A DNA stretch of 63,585 nt, counting the filler, from Craspedostauros australis (lineage: Eukaryota): NCBI GenBank assembly GCA_030167865.1. It is 19 parts of 19 records of this genome, joined end to end, with 100 filler letters (N's around TTAATTAATTAA, not from the genome) between each part and the next. Parts side by side here need not be neighbours in the genome. Positions count along the whole stretch, not along the records: positions 42,656 to 49,723 come from JALAGF010001147.1; positions 49,824 to 51,078 come from JALAGF010001148.1; positions 51,179 to 52,513 come from JALAGF010001149.1; positions 52,614 to 56,285 come from JALAGF010001150.1; positions 56,386 to 57,437 come from JALAGF010001151.1; positions 57,538 to 59,270 come from JALAGF010001152.1; positions 59,371 to 63,585 come from JALAGF010001153.1; 12 more parts are not named here. One strand, written 5' to 3'. Positions within the stretch are counted from its first letter, which is position 1, and the number at the start of each line of letters is the position of its first letter. This document shows positions 49,002 to 59,372 of this stretch, piece after piece. Below the pieces are notes generated by a model. That model saw only the letters and a list, made by a program, of their open reading frames with translations. It was not told the origin of the DNA and did not search any database. The translations under genes were made by a program, and so were the position numbers.

Positions 49002-51179
49002 ATATAGAAATACAATCGTGCGGGATGCTCCGCCGAATCTCAGCAATGGGAGAGACAGCGGCGTTCACCTCCAGGAAACAAGAATATATCAGCAGAGTAC
49101 TTGTAGCCATGAGTAATAGAATAGAAGATAGAGTACTTCCGTACGAGTACTCGTAGAGAGCGCCACACGCAAATGACGCTCAGATACGTGCACCGGCGTG
49201 CATGCCACGTCTTTCACTCAGCCTGACCCGCAGCTGCAGATTGGATGTTGCAACGGTATGTACCTGTCGAGTCTCTATTCCTCCGCATACTCCAAGCATT
49301 TGATGAGCATTGCGACGATCTGACCTGCGAAATGCATTGCTTTGGTGAGACCTCAAGTTGGCGTTTCATTCTTGGCTGCGATGAAGGAAAGATGCGGCAC
49401 GAATAGAGGACTTTCGCATTCTGTTCCCCCAGTCCCGAGCAGTCCCACGAGGGAGTCATAACCTGATAGAGACACTTTTCAGGGGGCGGGATGCGAACTT
49501 CCCCCTCGGCGAGCAGAATAGGGAGATATCGCATGTAAAATGAAGCCACCCCTGGAACCTGTCGTGGTGACAACTAGTGGGGAGCTGTCCCCAAATGTTC
49601 GCGTTCGCGTTGGATCTTGGAGGGACTGAAACAATCAATTTAATCATACAATGACGTCATCAATACTGTCTAGCCTAATCTATGCTGTTGAGTAGCCTTC
49701 CTCGGTGGAAGACTATGACAACANNNNNNNNNNNNNNNNNNNNNNNNNNNNNNNNNNNNNNNNNNNNTTAATTAATTAANNNNNNNNNNNNNNNNNNNNN
49801 NNNNNNNNNNNNNNNNNNNNNNNGTGATGAAAGGCTACCACACACACGATGTGTAGTTGAACTGCAATCCATGCGTTGCTCGCCCTCCAGCTCATGCACC
49901 CCTGCCATCTGTCCATCTCGTCATTCTGTTGAACATGCATCTATCTTGAAGCATATCCATGTGAATGGATCAGCTGCTGCTCTATGGGTGACGATACTGG
50001 AAGACTGTATGTGTGCAGGATCACCACGGCATGCTGCTGCGCAACAAAGAACGGCTNNNNNNNNNNNNNNNNNNNNNNNNNNNNNNNNNNNNNNNNNNNN
50101 NNNNNNNNNNNNNNNNNNNNNNNNNNNNNNNNNNNNNNNNNNNNNNNNNNNNNNNNNNNNNNNNNNNNNNNNNNNNNNNNNNNGTCTGATACAGCTTTGT
50201 TCTCAACATCAAACGGCGTCAAAACCGGTTGAAGGACAAACCATCCTCCTGGCAACGTGCAAAAGACACGGAATACTAACTGGCAGTCTACACATGCTTC
50301 CTATTGATTCGTCAATGCATGCTGAATGTTTTCTTTGGATTGGTTGATTGTCTCAGGGCGCAGTCTGTAGTCTATGTGATGCTCATGATTGATCTTGTAT
50401 TGGTGTTGGGTGCATGCTTTGCTGGATACCCTCAGTTGGATGCAGTATTATCTGCTCTCTGCTGCTTACGACATGTGCTGCAGACTTCTGTGTTGTGTGC
50501 CATGCTTTCTGCTCATTGATTGCCTCCTGCCAGATGCTGTGCTATTGGCCATCAGCCAAATTTATGACTCTCAAAGAGTATTGAGATATTCATTCCACTG
50601 CCTCAATGCTCAGCCATCTGTAAGGTTCCAAATGCACGAATTCGCTGGTCATCGTCATTGTCATTGTGCTGTCAATGTTGTTGAGGATTTTGTTGTCCTG
50701 ATGCATGGCGTTCGCAGCTCGTTGTGCGTCGCTGACTGCTCCTCTTTGCCTGTGCTTGGTGCTGTCATGTGGGATGCAAACTTGGCCCATGGTGGGAGTG
50801 CAATGAGATGCAGCTCTAGATGCGTTATTTCCCTTCAACCATACTCGTATTCCTCATGCGTTGGCATAGATTGTTGACAATGGTTGCTGCGCCTGCTGAT
50901 GAGTCTGTGGAAGGCATTAGCGGAGTACCTTGGTGGATGTCTCCGCTGGTGTATTCATGTGATGGTGGAGTCCCATGGTCATCGACAATGCTGTTGATAC
51001 CAAACTACGCAGTGTCCTTCTACTCAGCGCGCATTGAGCTTTTCGTCGATGGGCACATTGGCGTCGTTGGTGGTGATANNNNNNNNNNNNNNNNNNNNNN
51101 NNNNNNNNNNNNNNNNNNNNNNTTAATTAATTAANNNNNNNNNNNNNNNNNNNNNNNNNNNNNNNNNNNNNNNNNNNNA

Positions 51180-51617
51180 GCCACTGGTATCTGCTCCGGA
51201 GCCTGGGTCCTTGCCTCCGTCCACAAGGCCGTCTCTGGCTTCCAGCTCGATGAGGTGTACATCGGCACCCCAGAGGAGCGCGCCGCCGGCATGAAACCAG
51301 ACCACCAGAGCAACCGCAACCTCGACCTTGGAACCAACGTGCTTGTGAACGGTGCCGGTTCCACCACCGTCCCACGCGAGAACCTCGAGATGCAGAAGGC
51401 CTTGGCCGCCCAGCCAGAATCCTTCTCTTCCCAACGCGAGCGCATCCTGTCCAACATCAAGGGACTCCGCGAGGAGATCAACTCGTGTAGCAACGAGGAG
51501 GATGCCGTCGTCTTCGAGTCTGCCCTCCGAATGGAGACTGCTGCCATGAACAAGCTGCATCAGGAGGAGAACGACAGTGCCGCCGAGAGTGACGAGGAGA
51601 TGGGTGTGCAGAAGTAA
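51180..51617 (+). CDS. SIT: Silicon (silicic acid) transporter, C-terminal part with coiled-coil tail
   Basis: Translating from the contig edge gives ATGICSGAWVLASVHKAVSGFQLDEVYIGTPEER, the conserved end of diatom SITs. Ends TAA. Confidence 0.92.
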   Translation, partial: ATGICSGAWVLASVHKAVSGFQLDEVYIGTPEERAAGMKPDHQSNRNLDLGTNVLVNGAGSTTVPRENLEMQKALAAQPESFSSQRERILSNIKGLREEINSCSNEEDAVVFESALRMETAAMNKLHQEENDSAAESDEEMGVQK

Positions 51618-52046
51618 GCACGTTGACACTTGGTGCGTTGAGGTGCAACTACATCGCGCCGTACCCATACATCCACACACCCACACATCCACACATGCAT
51701 CATGCCACCGATGGTATCATTGAGATGTATCGTGAATCTCAGACCACGGCGCCGCTTGCTTCCAATAGATGCAAAGCGCAATCGCATGCCATACATGTAT
51801 CTGCCACAACACATCACAGTACGTCGCAACGCATGGGCTGGACAGAGGCACAGTGACCTTGCAACACGAAGCGACGTTGAGCAGATTGCAGCAAACCATA
51901 CTATAATTGGAGTCCACTGAACAATAGTACAGTAACGACTGATTGACGTCAACGATGGATGTTAAGCACTTGACAGCTGCGAAAGGAGACTACTTTGACA
52001 GATGGTTGGGTGGTTCGTTCTTGTTCATTTTACAGCCATGCTCTCA

Positions 52047-52511
52047 TCAAACAAGAGTGGTCAAGTAGTTGGCAATATCAGTCTGACCCAGCAGTTTCGC
52101 AATGCCCAGCGCAGTCAAGCCACTGTTAGTCTTGATGCTGATGTCTACGTTGCACGATTCCACCAAATACGTCACGACCTCCACTTTACCACGCCAACTT
52201 GCCCACCCAAGTGCTGTGATGCCATACTTGTTTTGAATGTCGATTTCTGCGTTGCACAATTCCACCAAATACTTCACGACTTCCAATCTGCCATGCATGC
52301 TTGCAAGGTGCAATGCAGTGCTGCCATAATTGCTGGTTTTGATGTTGATATCGACCTTGCCTTGTTCAACCAACGACTTCACAACGTCGAAATGGCCATC
52401 AGCGCTGGCGCGATGGAGGATGGTCTCGCTATTCCTGTCTTTCACGTTCAAATCAACATTGGGTGCTGCAACCAGATACTTGACAATGTCGAAGTGATTG
52501 GTGTGATATGC
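52047..52511 (-). CDS. Ankyrin-repeat protein, C-terminal part, convergent with SIT
   Basis: TILHRAS..GHFDVVKSLV, TALHLAS..GRLEVVKYLV and two further repeats. Open to the contig edge. Confidence 0.88.
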   Translation of the reverse strand, partial: AYHTNHFDIVKYLVAAPNVDLNVKDRNSETILHRASADGHFDVVKSLVEQGKVDINIKTSNYGSTALHLASMHGRLEVVKYLVELCNAEIDIQNKYGITALGWASWRGKVEVVTYLVESCNVDISIKTNSGLTALGIAKLLGQTDIANYLTTLV

Positions 52512-52613
52512 CTNNNNNNNNNNNNNNNNNNNNNNNNNNNNNNNNNNNNNNNNNNNNTTAATTAATTAANNNNNNNNNNNNNNNNNNNNNNNNNNNNNNN
52601 NNNNNNNNNNNNN

Positions 52614-55600
52614 GGAGGATGGCAGCGTAATGAACTGTCCTATCCATCCATTCACGAATATTCCGACCGCATTGGCGCGCGATCCTCAACACCAACTTGC
52701 AGAAAAACCGGATGCAATACCCTGCCAATGCAAGTCTCACACTTGTTTTGAATGCCAAATCACCCACGCTCTACCATCCGTCCTGTCACCCGCAAACGAG
52801 AACCTCACCGCAAATCAGAAACAACTGCTACTGGATCATCAACGCTTCGGACATCTCGGAATGGATCATGTGAAACAACTTTATCGACTCACACGCAGAG
52901 TAAGACGTCTCTCCGGACCTGCGCAAAGATGGATTGAGACCCCTTGCCTTCCAGGGCGAGGAAAGGGACCTGCCAACTGCATNAACCCACTCTGCCAAGC
53001 CTGCGCCATCGCAACGGCCAAGCGTCGACCAATACCTACAAGAACCTCACATCCATCCGAAGACCAACGTCCAATTGCTCCAAACGCAACCAAACCAGGT
53101 CACCTCGTCTCTGTGGATCACTACCACGTTGCAGTGAAAGGACGCCTCGAACACACCAAAGGGCGCGAACCCGTATCCAGCAAATATGTTGGCGGAACCA
53201 TCTTCTACGACAGCTACAGCGGGTTCATCCATACCTTCCATCAGGCATCTCTCGGCGCACACGACACCATCCAAGCCAAGAACGACTTCGAGTACATTGC
53301 CAGCCAGAGCAACGTGTCCATCAAGATGTACCATACGGACCAAGGCTCTCTCTCCTCCCGCACCTTCCGCGAATCGTTGACTGCCAATCAGAGCATCCGG
53401 TTTGCGTCGCAAGGAGCGCACCATCAAAATGGAGCTGCAGAGGTCGCTATCCGAGTCATCATGAACAGGGCGAGAGCAATGCTCATTCACGTCAGCCTCC
53501 ACTGGCCCGATCAATTCGATGTCGAACTTTGGCCGCTCGCAGTCACCTACGCCACCTGGACATACAACCACATTCCGCAGCGAAACTCCAACAGCTCTCC
53601 CATGGCAAAGTTCACGGGATCTGACGACAGCTGTGTAATGCTCCAGCGATCGCGCGTATGGGGTTGCCCAGCATACGTCCTGCACAAGAACCTCCAAGAC
53701 AAGAACAAGATTCCAAAATGGGAAGCAAGAGCTCGGATGGGCCAATTCCTTGGCTTCAACCGCGAGTTCTCCTCAACCGTCGCATCCATCCTCAATCCTC
53801 GTACCGGTCACATCAGCAGTCAATATCACTGCGCCTTCGACGAACGCTTTTCTACCATCGCAACAACCGACGACGGAGAAGACGACATCGACCCCAACTG
53901 GCATGACATCATCCGTTTCGAAAGCGATAACTACGCCGAAGACCACGACGAAGACATCGACGGACCTCTGCCTGACGCAGATCCCGAATTCATGACCGAC
54001 GAAGAACGAGAAGAATGGAATCGCCAGCATCGCCCCGAACCACGCATGCCTCCGCTCATTCATCCGCCGGCAACAATCATCAGAAACGATGATGACGACG
54101 GATTCGTCCCTCGCACATCACCCGATACAAGCATCCATGATCTGCCGCCTGGCACCGAAGTGGACAGCGGCGACGAGGACGACAACGCCGGCATACCGCT
54201 ACCAGATCCTTCCCTTGAAAATGAAAACAACACTGGCATGCCACAGCCAGAGCCACCAACGGCCGAAGATAACTCTCCAGTTATACGATCTCGATCCGGA
54301 CGACGCATTCGCAGACCCGCTCGCTACCGTCAGAACGAAGCAACCTCTCGCAACACCGTCTTTCATCGCATTCATGCTCTCTGCCGCGGGCGCGGACCTC
54401 GACCACAGACATCACCACTCTTCTTCCAAAACCTCAATTGGGACATCAACGACAACTTCGACATCCCAAGCCGCTACCAGATCCTACTGGAAGCGTCTAC
54501 CAGTCCAACTCTCAACGAAATCTACGATATGGACCCTCTCATTCTCCAAGCCAAAGCGCACGATGACGATCATCCATCTCTTGCCGACGTTCTGAACTGC
54601 CCTGACCTAAACGAACGAGCCATATGGCGAAAAGCAATGAACGCTGAAATTGAACAGCTTCTTGACAAGAAGACATTCCGCGTGGTTCCTCGGTCAATGG
54701 CAATCAACCACGAAATCATCCCTTCAACCTGGGTCTTTCGTCGCAAAAGATTCCCAGATGGATCCATTATGAAGCTCAAAGCCCGTCTCTGCGTGCGAGG
54801 AGACCAACAGCAACGAACAGGGCGAGACAGAAATGAAACGTTTGCTCCCGTTGTTGAATGGAGCTCCATCCGTCTGATATTCGCACTGATGATCGAACAT
54901 GGACTGCACACTCAATCAATTGACTTCAAAAATGCATTTGTTCAATCTCATCTGCCTGCTCCAATCTACATGCTTCCTCCCCCTGGACCGATTCCTATCA
55001 ACAATCCAAACATTCCAGAGAAGGACCGCCCTATCCTACAAGTCAACAAGAGTCTTTACGGTGACCGAAGAGCGCCACGCCTGTGGTACGAACATCTTCG
55101 CGACGCCCTCATCAGCGACAAATTCGGATTCAGAATGGCTGAGCAAGATCCCTGTCTGTTCCTCAAGAGCAACATCATCATTTGCGTCTACGTGGATGAT
55201 GCGATCCTCTGTGGCACAACGATGGAAACTGTTCAATCGACTATCCAACAGCTGCATCAAGAAGGTTTTGACCTCACATGCGAAGGAGATCTCTCTGCAT
55301 ACCTCGGTATAAAGATCGAGAAATCCAACGATGACCAAATCAAGCTTTCTCAGCCTGGCCTCACAGCCAAAGTCATTGAAGCCCTCGGACTGCAACAAGG
55401 ATCCTCCCGCGTAATTCCAGCAGACGCCACTCTTGGCAAGAATCCAGATGCCGATTCCATTTCCAATCAATTCAACTACAGATCCGTATTGGGAATGATG
55501 ATGTATCTTGGCACGAACACAAGACCAGACTGCGCATTTGCCATCAATCAATGCGCTCGATTCAGCCATGATCCGAAACATCCTCATGAACTCGCACTCA

Positions 55601-56184
55601 AACGCATCGGACGCTACCTCCTCGGAACGAAAGACCAAGGCATCCAAGTCAAACGATCAGCAATCGGCTCCATGGACTGCTATGTCGACGCTGACTTTGC
55701 CGGAGTCTGGGGCAAGGAAGATCCTCAAGATCCCAACTCCGTCCGATCCCGCACTGGATTCATCATCACCCTTGGTAACATGCCCATCATTTGGAAATCA
55801 AAGATTCAGTCCGAAATCGCAATGTCAACACAAGAAGCAGAGTACATTGCACTCTCAACCGCAATGAGATCAGTCATACCTCTCAAGAACGCTCTCAAAC
55901 AACTCATGCACGCCTTCCACATCAAATCAACGGCAGAATCAGAACTGACCACCATCTTCGAGGATAACCAAGCTGCCATCACCTTAGCAACAACGAAGCC
56001 GCCGCGGATGACACCAAGATCAAAACACATCGCCATCAAATACCATTGGTTTCGATCTCACCTCAAGAAAGGATCCTTCGAAATCAAGTACATCGATTCA
56101 ACTCTTCAGAAAGCCGACATCATGACGAAGCCATTGGCGCGAGCCAAATTCGTGGCAGCCCGAAAGCTGATCATGGGTTGGTAA
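52614..56184 (+). mobile_element. Uninterrupted Ty1/copia (CoDi-II-like) pol: integrase, RT, RNase H; 5'-partial
   Basis: HHCC (HQRFGH..CQAC), DDE (SVD, HTD, GAAE), RT VYVDD, RNase H YVDADFAG/EAEY/EDN/ADIMTK. At least 1184 aa with no stop. Confidence 0.97.
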
Positions 56185-56198
56185 CGCATTCAACACCT

Positions 56199-56285
56199 GA
56201 GGGCGAGTGTTATCATGAATTAGTCCAGCTGATCGATACGACACCAAACCCGAACCAGCACGCCGCTGCGTCAGCAACGCCACGA
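56199..56285 (+). repeat. Polypurine tract and start of the 3' LTR
   Basis: GAGGGCGAG (56199-56207) then TGTTATCA from 56208, 14 bp after the pol stop. Confidence 0.75.
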
Positions 56286-56385
56286 NNNNNNNNNNNNNNN
56301 NNNNNNNNNNNNNNNNNNNNNNNNNNNNNTTAATTAATTAANNNNNNNNNNNNNNNNNNNNNNNNNNNNNNNNNNNNNNNNNNNN

Positions 56386-57437
56386 GGCAGGTCCCTTTCC
56401 TCGCCCTGGAAGGCAAGGGGTCTCAATCCATCTTTGCGCAGGTCCGGAGAGACGTCTTACTCTGCGTGTGAGTCGATAAAGTTGTTTCACATGATCCATT
56501 CCGAGATGTCCGAAGCGTTGATGATCCAGTAGCAGTTGTTTCTGATTTGCGGTGAGGTTCTCGTTTGCGGGTGACAGGACGGATGGTAGAGCGTGGGTGA
56601 TTTGGCATTCAAAACAAGTGTGAGACTTGCATTGGCAGGGTATTGCATCCGGTTTTTCTGCAAGTTGGTGTTGAGGATCGCGCGCCAATGCGGTCGGAAT
56701 ATTCGTGAATGGATGGATAGGACAGTTCATTACGCTGCCATCCTCCAACNNNNNNNNNNNNNNNNNNNNNNNNNNNNNNNNNGGTTGGCGATCGGTCTTG
56801 ATGCTGTGGTATTGAGCGTAGGCTTGCGGAGAGAAGAGGCGGATGTGTGCTTCCTCCACGTAATGTGCTCTGGTTCGGACAGGTGCGATGTTTCCGTTCA
56901 GGGATAGCACTTGCCATTGGACGGTGCCTATGCCAGAGATTTGAAGTTTGCCGCTTGCTGTTTGGATGTCTCCGAAATTACCGAGATGTGGTCCTGTGAT
57001 AAAGTCCTCCTTTCGATATGTCATGGAGAATGAGCACCCAGTGTCGAGGATGATGGGACACATGGCGCGCTTGTTGGTGAGACCGGGAGTATGGTAGTGA
57101 CGGGAGACGAGAACGTCCATGAAGTTCGGTGCTTTGGATGCTTCATAGGCAGTGGAGGCCAGATAGGAGANNNNNNNNNNNNNNNNTCGAAGTTTATCTG
57201 ACTGAAGGGTGAAGAAAGATGGAGTGATCGAAAAGCAGTGCTTTGGTTGAGACGGAGGTAGAGACATTGCGCGTTGTTGGGCATCTGCGGCAATGCGTCG
57301 GTTCATCATGAATGAGTCAAACTCATCATGGAATCCGGAGAGATGAAGGAAGTGAGCTGGCAGCGGGTCGTTCTTGCGTGTGTGCTCGTCGTTCCATCCG
57401 TCGCCAAAGAGCAGTTGATCGTAGTCGAGAGGCTGGT
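56386..57437 (-). mobile_element. Second copy of the same copia family, protease to integrase zinc-finger region
   Basis: IILDTGCSFSM protease motif. Near-identical to 57538-58589 and overlaps the start of the 52614 contig. Confidence 0.93.
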
Positions 57438-57537
57438 NNNNNNNNNNNNNNNNNNNNNNNNNNNNNNNNNNNNNNNNNNNNTTAATTAATTAANNNNNNN
57501 NNNNNNNNNNNNNNNNNNNNNNNNNNNNNNNNNNNNN

Positions 57538-58926
57538 GGCAGGTCCCTTTCCTCGCCCTGGAAGGCAAGGGGTCTCAATCCATCTTTGCGCAGGTCCGGA
57601 GAGACGTCTTACTCTGCGTGTGAGTCGATAAAGTTGTTTCACATGATCCATTCCGAGATGTCCGAAGCGTTGATGATCCAGTAGCAGTTGTTTCTGATTT
57701 GCGGTGAGGTTCTCGTTTGCGGGTGACAGGACGGATGGTAGAGCGTGGGTGATTTGGCATTCAAAACAAGTGTGAGACTTGCATTGGCAGGGTATTGCAT
57801 CCGGTTTTTCTGCAAGTTGGTGTTGAGGATCGCGCGCCAATGCGGTCGGAATATTCGTGAATGGATGGATAGGACAGTTCATTACGCTGCCATCCTCCAA
57901 CTCGAATGAGAAGGATTCCGTGTCTCCGTAATATGGTTGGCGATCGGTCTTGATGCTGTGGTATTGAGCGTAGGCTTGCGGAGAGAAGAGGCGGATGTGT
58001 GCTTCCTCCACATAATGTGCTCTGGTTCGGACAGGTGCGATGTTTCCATTTAGGGATAGCACTTGCCATTGGACGGTGCCTATGCCAGAGATTTGAAGTT
58101 TGCCGCTTGCTGTTTGGATGTCTCCGAAGTTACCGAGATGTGGTCCCGTAATGAAGTCCTCCTTTCGATATGTCATGGAGAATGAGCACCCAGTGTCGAG
58201 GATGATGGGACACATGGCGCGCTTGTTGGTGAGACCGGGAGTATGGTAGTGACGGGAGACGAGAACGTCCATGAAGTTCGGTGCTTTGGATGCTTCATAG
58301 GCAGTGGAGGCCAGATAGGAGACGGCTTGCACCTGTGTTCGAAGTTTATCTGACTGAAGGGTGAAGAAAGATGGAGTGATCGAAAAGCAGTGCTTTGGTT
58401 GAGACGGAGGTAGAGACATTGCGCGTTGTTGAGCATCCGCGGCAATGCGTCGGTTCATCATGAATGAGTCAAACTCATCATGGAATCCGGAGAGATGAAG
58501 GAAGCGAGCTGGCAGCGGGTCGTTCTTGCGTGTGTGCTCGTCGTTCCATCCGTCGCCAAAGAGCAGTTGATCGTAGTCGAGAGGCTGGTGTTTGTTGTAA
58601 AAGCGTTGTTGGTGTTTCCAGCGATCGGTAGTGAGTGTTGAAAGGAAGAATAGTGTTGTCGATGGGATCATCACAGCGGATAGAAGGAAGAGACGACTCC
58701 AGAAGCCCATCCTCATGCGTTGCGTTGAGGCGAATATGGTCGGTGGTGCTTTGGAGCGACAGACTCGGTAGCTCTTGCGTCCGCGCATGATGTTGACGTG
58801 GTTGAAGGTTTGGTGACAGTTGGCAGATAATGCCAGGACGTATGTTGTGAATGTGGATGCGAGCAGGTGCCAGAGGAGAGACGGGAATAGCAGGATCGGA
58901 CTTACGACAATGAAAGCTGCCTTTAA
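57538..58926 (-). CDS. pol frame of the same copia family: transframe region, protease, start of integrase
   Basis: The frame is open from 58938 to the contig end. The protease Asp codon is at 58195-58197. Confidence 0.88.
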
Positions 58927-59270
58927 AAACCCTCTTGTTCAGAGAATCTCAAAAGCTTGCGAGTTTCGTCGTCGTTCCCTTTTGGTTCCGCTTGCTTGTT
59001 TGAGTTGTTGGAGGATCCCTTTCTACCTCGGCCGCGACGGTTGCGTTGGCGAGAGACGAAGTCGTCATGTCCGTCGGTTGGATGGTTGCCCCATCGTTTG
59101 CAGGTTTCATGGTCACACCAGTATTCAGTCTTGCCGTGGGTGATGCGCTCGTGTGCCTCGCCCTGCTTTGGAGGCGTGTAGTCGATGGGCTGACCTCCGC
59201 GGTCATGGGAAGGTCGGCTGCGTCCTGAAGAGTCCTTGACGTTGGTGTTGGCTTTGCTCCTGATGCCTCT
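58923..59270 (-). CDS. gag C-terminus of the same copia family (missing from the ORF track because it has no start codon)
   Basis: Manual translation gives ..PPKQGEAHERITHGKTEYWCDHETCKRWGNHPTDGH..basic tail..SEQEGF*. Confidence 0.82.
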   Translation of the reverse strand, partial: RGIRSKANTNVKDSSGRSRPSHDRGGQPIDYTPPKQGEAHERITHGKTEYWCDHETCKRWGNHPTDGHDDFVSRQRNRRGRGRKGSSNNSNKQAEPKGNDDETRKLLRFSEQEGF

Positions 59271-59372
59271 NNNNNNNNNNNNNNNNNNNNNNNNNNNNNN
59301 NNNNNNNNNNNNNNTTAATTAATTAANNNNNNNNNNNNNNNNNNNNNNNNNNNNNNNNNNNNNNNNNNNNTG

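Noticed and set aside
49824..51078. Weak Ulp1-like motif (LEPYRWLSIEAV) in CpG-poor DNA
   Set aside because: There are many stops and no catalytic motifs. Probably decayed TE sequence, but I cannot support that.
52614..59270. Apparent inverted repeat of copia sequence
   Set aside because: The copies lie on three separate contigs, so their relative orientation is arbitrary.
1718..59370. Recurrent TTAATTAATTAA motif, and ORFs ending in X runs or LIN
   Set aside because: Artificial spacer with constant 44-N flanks. Gene clusters or synteny across spacers are meaningless.
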